Assembly: GCA_051313645.2 (NCBI GenBank)
Contig: JBNRSN020000011.1
Location: forward strand, 163,060,001 to 163,124,000
Length of the DNA: 64,000 nt
Source of the DNA: Centroscyllium fabricii
Lineage: Eukaryota
Direction of reading: 5' to 3'
Part shown: piece after piece, positions 49,749-62,077 of the stretch
Layout of the letters: every line of letters begins with the position of its first letter
How positions within the stretch are numbered: position 1 is the first letter of the stretch
The notes under the pieces: model-generated
Told to the model about the DNA's origin: nothing
The model's database searches: none
Seen by the model: only the letters and a program-made list of their open reading frames with translations
Made by a program: the position numbers and the translations under genes

Positions 49749-50439
49749 TGGTATTTTTATGTTGCACCAAAAGATTCAGGATTGCACACTGATTTGAGCA
49801 GGCAGATTTTTTTTCCCCACTGCAAACTTCCATCAAAGTGAAGTTGGAGAAGGCAGAGCACCATATATGGCCTTGAGGGGCTGGCGATATATTTAATGAC
49901 TGTAAAATGCTGATGAGTTAGTCAGCCCTTTTCAATCATTAATAGTGCAACTGTACTGCCCATCTTGTTTTACTGAGCAGAGATTTCTGCTTTGCAGTAT
50001 CACGAGATGTACATTATAACTGGAGCAACACTGACATTAGTTTTGGCATTTTTGCATAATGTGTGATTCTATCAAGAGAAGGCAGCCTTTCGCTGCTTTG
50101 GGTTCAGACTGGTTGCAATCTGGTGAAAAGCCAATGTTTTAAAGTTTAAAAAGGGTTTGCTCCACCAGTGTTAGATTTCTAGTTTTATAAAAGACTCAGG
50201 TGCCCCCATTTTGCCAATTTGAAATTTCACAACAACACAAACATACCGCACCTGTAACACACGGAAATGTTGATAGAAACATAATCAGACAAAAAATTGA
50301 CTCCGAGTCAAAGAAAGAAATATTAGGAGGATGATTAAACGCTTGGTTAGAGGTAGGTTATAAAGAGGGTCTTTAATGGAGGGGAGAGAGGCGGAGAGGC
50401 AGAGAAATTTTGGGTGGGAATTACAGAGCTTAGGCCCTT

Positions 50440-50660
50440 GGGTATCTATGGAATTCTCAGAGGGCTGTGAATGCTGAGCTTTTGAGTAATTTCAAGGCTG
50501 AGATAGATAGATTTTTGGACTCTAGGGGAATCAAGGGATATGAAAATCAGGTGGGAAAGTGGAGTTGAGGTCGATGATCAGCCGTGATCTTACTGAATGA
50601 TGGAGCAGGTTTGAGGGGCCGCATGGCCTATTCCTGCTCTTATTTCTAATGTTCTTATAT
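50440..50660 (+). mobile_element. CR1 3' fragment inserted in L2
   Basis: TATGGAATTC..TTCAAGGCTGAGATAGATAGATTTTTGG..GATGATCAGCCGTGATCTTACTGAATGATGGAGCAGG. Confidence 0.75.
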
Positions 50661-51469
50661 CCTAGAAGGCTTAAGGCACAGCTGGTGAGGTGAAGGGAGT
50701 GGGGAATACACAAGAGGCCAAAGTTGGAGGAGCACAGATTCTTGGAAGGTTGCAGTTTTGGATGAGCTTGAATTTATGCCGAGTGGAGGATGGGAGGGGG
50801 CCAGGAGAGCATTGGAATAGTCTATTGGAGGATAGTTGTTGAGCGAGGTAGTGTCATCAGCATACATGTGAAAACTAAAGCTGTGTCTTTGGACAACGTA
50901 GCTAAAGGGCAGAATGTAGATGAGAAAGAGGAGGAGGTCAAGGGTAGATCTTTAGGGGACTTCAGAGATAACGGTGAGGGATTGGGAAGAGAAACCATTG
51001 CTGGAGATTCTCCGCCTATAATTGGATTGGGAAGAGTGGAACCAAGTGAGGGCGGTCCCACTCAGCTGGACAACGATTGAGAGGCATTTGAGCAGGATTG
51101 TGTAGTTGACCATGTCCAAGACTGCAGAGTGGTCGAGAAGGCCAATGAGGGATAGTGCACCATGGTCACAGGCACAGAAGATGTCATTTGTGACTTTGAT
51201 TAGCGTGGTTTCAGTGCTGTGGCAGAGGCAGAAACCTCATTGGAGAGGCTGAACTATGGAGTTGCAGGACAATTGGGCATATATTCAAGGCAACAACACA
51301 TATGGGCAGGATTTTCCTCAGGCCATGAGGCAGGTTTCCGGGCGGGACTGCAGTGAAAATAGCAGAAATGGGGGTTCGCGACCCCTCCCGCCGCCTTCCC
51401 GCCCGCTTGTCAATTTCACCCGGCGGGTCTGGTCGGCCCGCCTCAGTCCTCATTAGGGGCCCTTAATTA

Positions 51470-54400
51470 AATTTTATTTTTTATTTTTTATTCATTGATG
51501 GGATGTGGGCGTCGCTGGCTGGCTAGGCCTGCATTTAGTGCCCATCACTAATTGCCCTTGAGAAGATGGTGGTGAGCTGCCTTCTTGAACCGCTGCAGTC
51601 CATATGGTGTAGGTACACCCACAATGTTGTTAGGAAGGGAGTTCCAGGATTTTGGCCCAGCGACAGTGAAGGAGCGGCGATACAGGTCCAAGTCAGGATG
51701 GTGTGTGGCTTGGAGGGGAACTTGTAGGTGGTGTTGTTCCCATGCGTCTGCTGCCCTTGTCCTTCTAAGTGGTAGAGGTCGTGGGTTTGGAAGGTGCTGT
51801 TGAAGGAGCTTTGGCGAGTTGCTGCAGTGCATCTTGTAGATGGTACACACTGCAGCCACAGTGCGCCGGTGGTGGAGGGAGTGAATGTTGGAGGTGGTGG
51901 ATGGAGTGCCAATCAAGCGGCCTGCTTTATCCTGAATGGTGTCGAGCTTCTTGAGTGTTGTTGGAGCTGCACTCATCCAGGCAAATGGAGAGTATTCCAT
52001 CACACTCCTGACTTGTGCCTTGTAGATGGTGGAAAGGCTTTGGGGAGTCAGGAGGTGAGACACTCGTCGCAGAATTCCCAGCCTCTGGCCTGCTCTTGTA
52101 GCCACAGTATTTATATGGCTGGTCCAGTTCAGTTTCCGATCAATGGTAACCCCCAGGATGTTGATAGTGGGGGATTCAGCAATGATAATGCCATTGAATG
52201 TCAAGGGGAGATGGTTAGAGTCTCGCTTGTTGGAGATGGTCATTGCCTGGCACTTGTGTGGTGCGAATGTTACTTGCCACTTGTCAGCCCAAGTCTGAAT
52301 GTTGTCCAGGTCTTGCTGCATATGGACACGGACTGCGTCAGTATCCGACGAGTCTCGAATAGTGCTGAACATTGTGCAATCATCAGCAAACATCCCCACT
52401 TCTGACCTTATGATGGAGGGAAGGTCATTGATGAAACCGCTTAAGATGGTTGGGCCCAGGACACTGCCCTGAGGAACTCCTGCAGTGATGTCCTGTGGTT
52501 GAGATGAATGGCCTCCAACAACCACAGCCAACTTCCTTTGTGCTAGGTATGATTCCAACCAATGGAGAGTTTTCCCCTTGATTCCCATTGACTTCAGCTT
52601 TGCCAGGGCTCCTTGATGCCACACTCGATCAAATGCTGCCTTGATGTCAAGGGCAGTCACTCTCACCTCACCTCTTGAGTTCAGCTCTTTTGTCCATGTT
52701 TGGACCAATGCTGTAATGAGGTCAGGAGCCGAGTGGCCCTGGCGGAACCCAAACTGGGCATCAGCAGGTTATTGGTGAGTAAGTGCCGCTTGATAGCATT
52801 GTCGACGACACCTTCCATCACTTTGCTGATGATTGAGAGTAGACTGATGGGACGGTAATTGGCCGGGTCGGATTTGTCCTGCTTTTTGTAGACAGGACAC
52901 ACTTGGGCAATTTTCCACATTGCTGGGTAGATTTGATTTGATTTGATTCAATTTATTGTCATTGCACAGTGAAACACAGTACAACGAAATGCCTTCTTGC
53001 AAACTTCCCAAGAACGATGCAGTTGTTTAAAATGTCCATTGCTTTTAAGTCCCAGACTGTTCAACTCTATGTTGGCCCTCTATGGTGCTCCGACCACGCA
53101 GGCACCGGCACTCCAACTCTGCAGGCCCCAGCGCCCCGAACCCGCCGACCTCCAGCGCTCCGAACTCGGTGACCACACAGGCACCGGCACTCTGTCTCTG
53201 CAGGCCCCAGTGCTCCGTACTTGCCGACCTTCGGCACTCCGACCTCGGTGACCACGCAGGCTCCCCAGTGCTCCAACAAGTCCGACCTCAGTGCACCACC
53301 ACGCCGAACCCGACATCCCCGCCGAGCGAACAGCCTCAGGACTACCAGCGGACAGCATCCCCGGGAGACGCAAAGCCGCTGCGTGTACAGTGTAGATGCC
53401 AGTGTTGTAGCTGTACTGGAACAGCTTGGCTAGGGGCACAGCTAGTTCTGGAGCACAAGTCTTCAGTACTATTGCCGGAATGTTGTCTGGGCCCACAGCC
53501 TTTGCAGTATCCAGTGTCTTCAGCCGTTTCTTGACATCACGTGGAGTGAATTGAATGGGCTGAAGACTGGCATCTGTGATGCTGGGGACCTCAGGAGGAG
53601 GCCGAGATGGATCAGCCACTCGGCATTTCTGGCTGAAGATAGTTGCAAATGCTTCAGCCTTGTCTTTTGCACTCACGTGCTGGGCTCCACCATCATTGAG
53701 GATGGGGATATTTTTGGAGCCTCCTCCTCCTGTCAACTGTTTAATTGTCCTCCACCACTCACAACTGGATGTGGCAGGACTGCAGAGCTTTGATTTGATC
53801 CGATAGTTGTGAGATCGCTTAGCTCTGTCTATCGCATGTTGCTTCTGTTGTTTGGCATGCAAGTAGTCCTGTGTTGTAGCCTCGCCAGGTTGACACCTCA
53901 TTTTTCGGAATGCCTGGTGCTGTTCCCGGCATGCTCTCCTGCACTCTTCGTTAAACCAGGGTTGATCTCCCGGCTTGATGGTAATGGTAGAGTGAGGGAT
54001 ATGCCGGGCAATGAGGTTACAGATTGTGGTTGAATACAATTCTGCTGCTGCTGATGGCCCACAGCGCCTCATTGATGCCCAGTTTTGAGTTGCCAGATCT
54101 GTTCGAAATCTGTCCCATTTAGCACGGTGGTAGTGCCACACAACACGGCGGAGGGTATCCTCAACATGAAGACGGGACTTCGTCTCCACAAGGACTGTAC
54201 GGTGGTCACTTCCACCAATGCTGTCATGGACAGATGCATCTGCAACAGGTAGATTGGTGAGGATGCGATCAAGTAGGTTTTTCCCTCTTGTTGGTTCCCT
54301 CACCACCTGTCGCAGACCCAGTCTGGCAGCTATGTCCTTTAGGACTCGGCCAGCTCGGTCAGTTGTGGTGCTATCGAGCCACTCTTTGTGATGGACATTG

Positions 54401-55062
54401 AAGTCCCCCACCCAGAGGACATTTTGTGCCCTTGCTACTCTCAGTGCTTCTTCCAATTGATGTTCAACATGGAGGAGTACTGATTCATCAGCTGAGGGAG
54501 GGCGGTAGGTGGTAATTAGCAGGAGGTTTCCTTGCCCATGTTTGACTTGATGCCATGAGACCTCATGGGGTCTTGAGTCAATGTTGAGGGCTCCCAGGGC
54601 TACTCCCTCCCGACTGTATACCACGGTGCCCCCACCTCTGGTGGGTCTGTCCTGCCGGTGGGACAGGACATACCCAGGAATGATGATGGTGGTGTCTGGG
54701 ACATTGGCTGTAAGGTATGATTCTGTGAGTATGACTATGTCAGGCTGTTGCTTGACTAGTCTGTGGGACAGCTCTCCCAATTTTGGCACAAGTCCCCAGA
54801 TGTTTGTGAGGAGGACTTTGCAGGGTCGGCAGGGCCGGGTTTGCCGTTGACGTTGTCGTTTCCGGTGCCGAGGTCGATGCCGGGTGGTCCGTCTGGTTTT
54901 ATTCTTATTGGTTTTCGTAGCGGTTGTTTACAACTGAATGGCTTGCTAGGCCATTTCAGAGGGCATTAAGAGTCAACCACATTGCTATGAGTCTGGAGTC
55001 ACATGTAGGCCAGACCAGGTAAGGACGGCAGATTTCCTTCCCTAAAGGACATTAGTGAACCG
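51470..55062 (-). mobile_element. Near full-length ORF2 of a CR1-group LINE (APE endonuclease + RT)
   Basis: ORF 53080-54789: PDIVILTES, YRPPS, GDFNVH, SDH. ORF 52681-52920: NYRPISLL. ORF 51548-52708: [24 protein letters not shown]. Frameshift near 52760 and an insertion at 52933-53391. Confidence 0.93.
52933..53391 (-). mobile_element. Non-autonomous GC-rich retroposon with Rex1-like 3' tail
   Basis: 6-bp TSD GTAGAT (52927-52932, 53392-53397). Tail CATTTCGTTGTAC...CAATGACAATAAA(TCAAA)n resembles the Rex1 tail at 6937-6976/8432-8460. Confidence 0.75.
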
Positions 55063-58000
55063 GTAATGCCATTTTAAGGGCCCCTTGCTACTTTGACCCT
55101 CTTCCCACCCAGAACCCGCTTGGTGGGATCACCGCCGTTGAAAGCTGGCGGGCACCCAATCGGCTGGGTGACTGCCACTTCAAGGCATGGGAAACAGCAG
55201 CCACACAGCGGCTTGCTAGCCTCCACCATGCTGGAGGGGTAACTGGCACCCAAGGGTGCCAAACTTCAGTGCTCAAAGAACTAAAAATCACTTACCTGCT
55301 GATGGGTCCCACTAACTCACAGACATCGTGCTGCGAGCTGTGCATGTGAAGCAAAGTGTCAATCACCCAGTGGATCAGTTTCTGTTTACATTCCACTGAA
55401 ACCACAAACAAACAGAGCCAGCCTACTTAAAGCTGTCACTCTTAGATTTGTGGTTTCATCTATTGACATATCATTATGACATCATCATGCCCTGAAACTA
55501 CAGAAAGAGAAACACCAAGCCTATCAGTGCAGCTGCCAATCATTGGCTCTGCTGCTGACACAGGTCAAAGCCTGCCCAGTTTCCAGGCCAAATCCCTCAA
55601 TTGCTAGGATTTTCCCACACTCTAGGAATTAATTGGCCAATTAAGCCAAAACTGCGTGGGGATTTCACACCCTTCAAAAAGTGGGAAGATAGAATGATCA
55701 GCGGGGATCCCACCCATTTCCCACACCATCAGGAAAATCCTGCTCATAGAGTTTACTTTACATGAATAACGTTTTAATGGAGAAGCCAAGCCTTTGTAGG
55801 ATTTAAATCGTCTGGATTGAATCTTCCAGTGTGGTTTATGCATAGGGTAGGGAATGGCTAATAAGGGTTCTTAAACATGGTGTACACCATTCATCCAGTT
55901 TGTGTAGCTCTTTGTAGCCCTGGACCATAGACATATCATAGTATTGCCACAATCGGTTGGCATAGACTTGGGAGTTCTCATCCGCTTGTTGTCTACACTT
56001 ACTTGAGATATCAATGGGGTCCCTTTGATCAAATCCTATTGACTTTAAGATTTTGGAGAGGAAAGGGAGGTGGGAGATGGGGTGTTAGTTTGCAAGGCGA
56101 GAGGGATCATGTATGGCTGTTTTGAGGTGGGGGGAGGTGTGATGGCAGATTTGAAAGGTAGGGGGACAATACCTGATGAGAGGGAACTGTTTACAGTGTC
56201 TGCTAGCATGGGGCTAGGAAGGGAAGTTGGGTGATCAGCAGTTTAGTGGGAATAGAATCAAGAGAATAGGAGGTGGGTCTCATGGATAAAATTAGCTTGG
56301 AGAGTGTCTGAGGGGAGATAGGAGATAAATCAAAAATAGACGTGGGTTCATGGCAAAGGCAGGGGTAACCTGGGGCAAAGTTTGGCTTGGTGGGCAAGGT
56401 GAAGGGGGGGGAGTGATGCATCAGAGGCAACTGAAGAGATGGTCTGATTCTTATTGACAAAGAAGTCCATGAGCTCCTCGCACTTGCTGTTGAAGGTGAG
56501 GGTGTAGGGGCCGGGGAAGGGGATTAAGGATATAGTTGGTAGTGGCAAAAAGAAGCCACTATAGAAAGGGGTTATCTTTGATTCCAGGATGATCCTGAAA
56601 TAGTGAACAGTTTTGGCAGAGGAGCGCAGGACCCGATCGTGCTTGATGTTGTCCGGCCAGGTTCATAACCAGACACATCCATCACCAGATCTGGCTTGCT
56701 GTAGTGGCTTCCTTTTTCTACTAGCAACTCCGGGTCAAGTCTGGACCCGTTGGACTTGAGGAAGCAAAGTTGGCAGCCCTACCAGGGGGAGAAACCAGGA
56801 TGGGAGAGATTAAGGGTTTTACTGGGGACAAGGATGTCAAAGGTGGAGGTGCGGGATTGATTGAGCTGATCAACAACTTCAGAAATATCATTGTGAATGG
56901 AGGGCCAAAGGGTAGCCAGTTGAGAGTTTGAAAGTGCAGTTTTAAGTGACTTTGTGGAGAGCTTTTTCCAGGGGCAGAGATAGAAGGAAGTTAGGTTGGA
57001 AGGAGGAAGGAGGTTGTTATTGGTGAGGAATACAAGGAAGTGTTCAGTGATGACCTTGTCTGTGATTGAGACAAATAGAATCGAGAAATGGCAAGGCTGA
57101 GTGGGTGACTGTGAATATTGTAGGAGAGTTAAAATGGAGGGAGACGTTAAGGGAGGATAGGAAGGCAGTGAATGGGTGGTAGGAGAGAGGGCCAAGCTGA
57201 GTTGAGATGGAGATTGAAATCACAGAGGATGAGGTGTTGCTTAGTGTAAAGGCTGAGGGAGGAAAGGAGTGAGGATATCTTGGTGAGAAACTCAGGTTGG
57301 GGCTTGGGTGGATGGTAAAGAATGATGATTTTAAATGAGAGGCAAGAGGGGTGGAACAAGGTGAGGTGCTCAGAGAAGGAGAAGGTGCTAGTTTAGTAGG
57401 GGGAGAGACCAAGGTGCGATTTGGTGATTAGCGCCACACCACCATTGCGTTTGGCCGGGGCAAGTGCTGGAAAGTATAGCCAGGCAGGTGGACTGGGGGA
57501 AGGTGCCGTCACCCATGAACTGAGTTTTTGTCAAGGCCATGATGTCAATGCAATCATCCATGATAAGATCGTAGATGGCAAAAGCCCTGTTTGAATGGAT
57601 ATTCTGGGGATAGATGCAGAGTGGGGTGGCAGTTATTGATCTGCTGGCTAAGTCCAAGGGGTTGGCAGTGGAAGGGGAGCGCAGAATGGGAATGAGGTTG
57701 GCCAGATTAGCTCCCAGCCAGTGTGCTGGGTGGGAAGGCCAGCAATAGAGCAGGATGGAGCAACTGAGGTTGCTGCTTGTAAGAAGGCAGCGACAAGTAC
57801 CTCAAAATGTCAAAAGAGGCACAGAGCAAAGCTGTGGGCTTATCAAAGAGGAATGGTGGCATGAGAGTGTTAACTCACTCACTCTGTGAGGAGGACCCAC
57901 CCTCCTGGGGGGTCTGGGTTCTTACTTTAGGAGACTAAACACGTCGGTCAGTCTGTCACTTTCTCAGTAATACACAAAGTCAGAGACTGTAAAATAATTA

Positions 58001-58417
58001 AAGTTTATTAAAGTAATCCCAGTACCGGTACTTCACTCTGAGAGACCCCTTGTGTTTGCACACAAGTATAGCAACCCTGAAGTGCGCCTCTCGCTCTGAG
58101 ACTGCAATTATTTATACAATACAAAAAGACCTTGCAAAAAGATTAAACGTACATGCTCAGCGAATAATTCTGAAAAACGAAAACAACCAATGAAGAAAAA
58201 ATATATAGAGACAGCAAAAACCCAATTAAATGTCAACATCTTGTGTTGACTCCTACTTATCTTTGCAGCTGCAGTTTTGTTATGAAAAAGATCTCTAGAC
58301 AGACTGTCGCTGTTCTTTTTACCTCTTTGCTACCAAACTTTTAACCCTGTCAAACTATAGTAAAGCAATCTAGAATTAGCCAAAGTTTACCAAGAGTAGG
58401 ACGGCAGAAGAATAGTG

Positions 58418-58790
58418 AACATAAGAACATAAGAACATAAGAAATAGGAGCAGGAGTAGGCCAATCGGTCCCTCGAGCCTGCTCCGCCACCCAACAAGAT
58501 TATGGCTGATCTGATCCTAACCTCAATTTTATTTTTACTCTCCATCCCGCCCAAACCCATGTGATCACCCGGGAGAGGTGAAAAACCAGATAAAAAACCC
58601 AGTTCCAATTTGGGAGAAAAATCTGGGAAATTCCTCTCCGACCCATCCAGGCGATCGAAAACTGGTCCATGAGATCACATGGCCAATCTGAACCTAGCCT
58701 CACGTCCACTTACCTGCCCGCTCACCATAACCCCTAATTCCCTTTACTTCCAGGAAACTGTCTATCTCTGTTTTCAATTTATTCAATGTA
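58418..58790 (-). mobile_element. CR1 3' end with extended 3' UTR segment
   Basis: (ACATAAGA)n tail and LNKLKTEIDSFLEVKGIRGYG. Segment 58540-58605 is also found at 23245-23312. Confidence 0.75.
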
Positions 58791-60095
58791 GTAGTGAAGG
58801 GTTTGGATAAGGATGGGGGGGGGCGGGGGCGGGGTGGGGGGGGGGCGTTAAAAGTACCCAAGAGGGGAGAAATGAAAGGTGTCATGACTGGGTGATTGGA
58901 AGGAGTAGAGACAGGAGAGAAGGACCCAAGAGGGGTAAAGAGAAGAGACAAACAATATTGGTCAAGGCCAGTGAGCAAAATACTCCACATGTATTTAACC
59001 ACTTAGCGTAGTACTTTTTTATTATTAAGCAGAATGTGGCATGAGGTGGTTGGTATAACTTGCTTGCTTGCATCTCTAAAAATGCCACTAGTGCCAAATT
59101 GATAGCTGGAGTATAACTGCAAGCTAAAATCTGATTCGAGGTACAGCAGCCACCAGAGCTTGTTTGCAATTTGGTGGGACACTGGCTGATTTTACAGCGC
59201 AATCATTATGTATCCCGATTGTTTTTCCAGGTGGACTCACTAATAGTTGGCTGATGAGGATTTGTCAACGTGATCTTGAATCTGTGGAATCAGATTGGCA
59301 TCCGAGAGGATGCTACACTAACAACACAAGTGTCGTATCAAAGCAGCGTAAAATCGCTCCTGCTGTATGTATCCGCACAAGTGAATATACTGACCTGAAT
59401 ATATAGCCCAGAAACTAGAACAGCCAATTGCAGCTGTCTGTTCTGTCTGGATTCACCATGCTGAGGAAATCATTTGGACATTATCCTGATGGGGGGCTTC
59501 AATGACCTAATTATAACCCTGTGGCTTGCTCCCATGCAGATTAAGGAAACGCTGTTGCATACTGACTAGCATGAGCATTGCATGAATAGGTATGGATGAA
59601 GGAGCTGTTTCTCACAGCAACTCTATATCCATGTCACTCAGCTGCCCCACTCAAATGAACTATGCAGAGTAAGAAAGGGGACAGGCCTGGGCAGCCACCA
59701 CACTATCAAATATGATGCCAACCATTGCATATGACCCAGCAGGAGGAGATAACAAGCCACTACCTTCCTAAGAATTACCCGTGGACATCTATCAGACAGC
59801 TATCTCATGTCCACGCCAAACTAGGCTAGCATCTGGAAGGAACATTACATTAGGTATTAGGATACATTCGCCATACACAGTCACAAACAGGAAGCACTGG
59901 GGTAAAAGGCGCTGACAGCACACAAAACATTATTGCACGAATATATATTTGGAATTTGATTTGGACTTTATACAGAGAGAGTTAATTTGTACTAAGCCAC
60001 ATTTCTGCAGAAGGCGATGAATGGGTTGAGGTGAAGTACAGGGTCTTGATACCATTTGGGATTGGTGCATCAATTCATTAGGAATATGCCACTGT

Positions 60096-60476
60096 GGGCG
60101 GCACGGTGGCATAGTGGTTAGCACTGTTGCCTCACAGCACTGGAGACCCGGGTTCAAATCCAGCCTCGGGTACTATCTGTGTGGAGTTTGCACATTCTCC
60201 CCGTGTCTGCGTGGGTTTCCTCCGGGTGCTCCGGTTTCCTCCCACAGTCCAAAGATGTGCGGGTTAGGTTGATTGGCCAGGATAAATTGATCCTTAGTGT
60301 TAGGGGGATTAAATGTGTGGGGTTGCGGGGATAGGGTGTCGGTGCAGGCTCGATAGGGATCGAGGGATATAGGGAGAGGGCAGGGGCGGGGGTGCTGGGT
60401 TTGGATGATCAGCCATGATCTCATTGGTTCGAATGGCCTACTCCTGCTCCTATCTTCTATGTTTCTATGTTTCTAT
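60096..60476 (+). mobile_element. HE1-type V-SINE, full length
   Basis: tRNA head, V-domain and (TTCTATGT)n tail. Confidence 0.9.
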
Positions 60477-60669
60477 GATACAGGAATGCCAGTGCTGTGG
60501 TGAATTTGTAGTTTAAGTGAAATGGTTCATTAGTAAAATAAATTAGTTCGTTTTCCTTTCTGCAGCTCCACTGGAGCTAGACATTCCTCAGCCTCAGCCA
60601 TATTCTCACCATCTTCTTCTTGGCCTCCTGGCCCGCCTTTTCCATTTTCTACATGGTGACTCCTATCTT

Positions 60670-61320
60670 GGTGATATAATGGGCAGGATACAGCACACTA
60701 CTATCATTTTGGATATTTTTTCTGGCCGTGTAATAAGACACCAGCGGACCAATCCAGACAGTGGACTCTTTGCTTCAGCGTGCCTATTGTATCTTTGTGG
60801 TGGCATGCGCCTCATTGTATATATTTTATTCTGCTGTAGACTGCGCTTTCTGCACTGCTCTCATCAGCCATGGCTCAAGAGGGCTTCCCAGAATCCAACC
60901 ACCTCGGGTGGAAATTCCATGAAATAATGGTACGTCTGTTGACTGGCCTAGAATAAATGCATTGTAAGTAGCATCAGGTGTACCTGGTGTCTGCCTGCAC
61001 AATGTAGTTCTGATGGTCACATACAATCTGACTGTTAATGGAATGGAACCATTCCTATTCATAAATACCACAGCAATCTGGAAAGGAGCCCTATAGCCAT
61101 ATGTGTTCCATTGAAGAGGCCTTGTACTCTTGGGAACTGAGACACAGAAAAACTGTAGAGCCCTCTCTTGCTGGTCACTTTGCTTTGGAAGTGATGAAGT
61201 CCTTTGCCCTGCCATACAATGCACCAGTGCTGCAGACTGGCTGATCCGACAGATGCTTCCAGAGACAGCTTGAAAGGAGCCAGTCACACAGAAACCAGCA
61301 GTGATTTTTCACTGTCGTGG
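60670..61320 (-). pseudogene. Decayed PIF/Harbinger (HARBI1-like) transposase
   Basis: GSFQ..ISQS..QQERALQF..RAP..FMNRNG..AFILGQS..GWILG..PLEPWLM..(YNEAHAT..IGTLKQR..CLD..IVVCCIL across frameshifts) follows the Harbinger DDE transposase motif order. Catalytic positions are eroded. Confidence 0.7.
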
Positions 61321-61607
61321 GCAGGACTGTCCTCGCCATGGGCAAGATTTGAAGATCTGACTGCAGGAAGCAGCAAAGACTGAGACTGCCCTGAGCAGCA
61401 AAGACGGACCTCCTCGGACACGTCCACGTCCATGTAACTGTGGTGTTTTCTGTATGCTCACCACCTTAGGTAGGAGCGGGTCCACTCAGCTTGCCGCTCA
61501 TTCAGCTGCCTGTAGAACTACTCCTTATCCTCTAGCTTTCTGAGGGTAAGAGGAATTCTCAAAGTAATTCCCATCCTTTTGAGCAAAGGGCTATTCCATT
61601 AGAGGGA

Positions 61608-62077
61608 CAGGTTGCGCACCGTCAATCCGGCACCATCGGGACCAGGTCGGTGCCGAACTAGTGAAAAATCCGAACGACTGAAGGTTTGGCGAGCGCATGC
61701 GCAGACCATTCAAAATGGCCACCGCGCATGCGCAGACTATTCAAAATGGCCACCGCGCATGTGCAGCCATTCAAAATGGCCACTGCACATGCGCAGACCA
61801 TTCAAAATGGCCACAGCGAATGCGCAGACCATTCAAAATGGCCGCTACACATGCACAGACCATTCAAAATGGCCACCGCGCACATGTGCAGCCATTCAAA
61901 ATGGCCGCTGCACATGCGCAGACCATTCAAAATGGCCACCGTGCATGCGCAGACCAGTCGGGGAGAGGCCCGCGCATCGCGAGCGTCCCTGGGATAACGT
62001 GGGCCGGCCAGACAGATTCGTGCCAGGCCACTGAAGTTGCCGGACCATCGGGTCCCGGATTAACGGTGCACAACCTG
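61608..62077. mobile_element. Tc1/mariner (pogo/Tigger-like) MITE with internal minisatellite
   Basis: TIR CAGGTTGCGCACCGTCAATCCGG / CCGGATTAACGGTGCACAACCTG (21/23 match). TA on the right, GA on the left (probably mutated TA). Confidence 0.75.
61692..61955. repeat. About 31-bp minisatellite, 8 units
   Basis: Consensus GCGCATGCGCAGACCATTCAAAATGGCCACC. TCAAAATGGCC occurs 8 times. Confidence 0.95.

Larger units (their letters stand above)
51301..55748. mobile_element. TIR-bounded non-autonomous DNA element (Harbinger-like) split by a LINE
   Basis: TATGGGCAGGATTTTCCT (51301-51318) / AGGAAAATCCTGCTCATA (55731-55748), 17/18 inverted match. Body is 51301-51465 plus about 55064-55748. Confidence 0.65.
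50230..57800 (-). mobile_element. Old, fragmented L2 LINE hosting several insertions
   Basis: L2 3' end at 50230-50430 (reverse complement similar to 5850-6215), MYADDT at about 50860, SLDSIPTKLL at about 56250 and endonuclease remnants (DIMALT, ILCDFNLH) at 57100-57600. Interrupted at 51300 and resuming at about 56045. Confidence 0.75.

Noticed and set aside
61692-61955. CRISPR-like appearance of the periodic repeat
   Set aside because: The intervening sequences are variants of one another rather than unique spacers, the DNA is vertebrate and there are no cas genes. It is a minisatellite.
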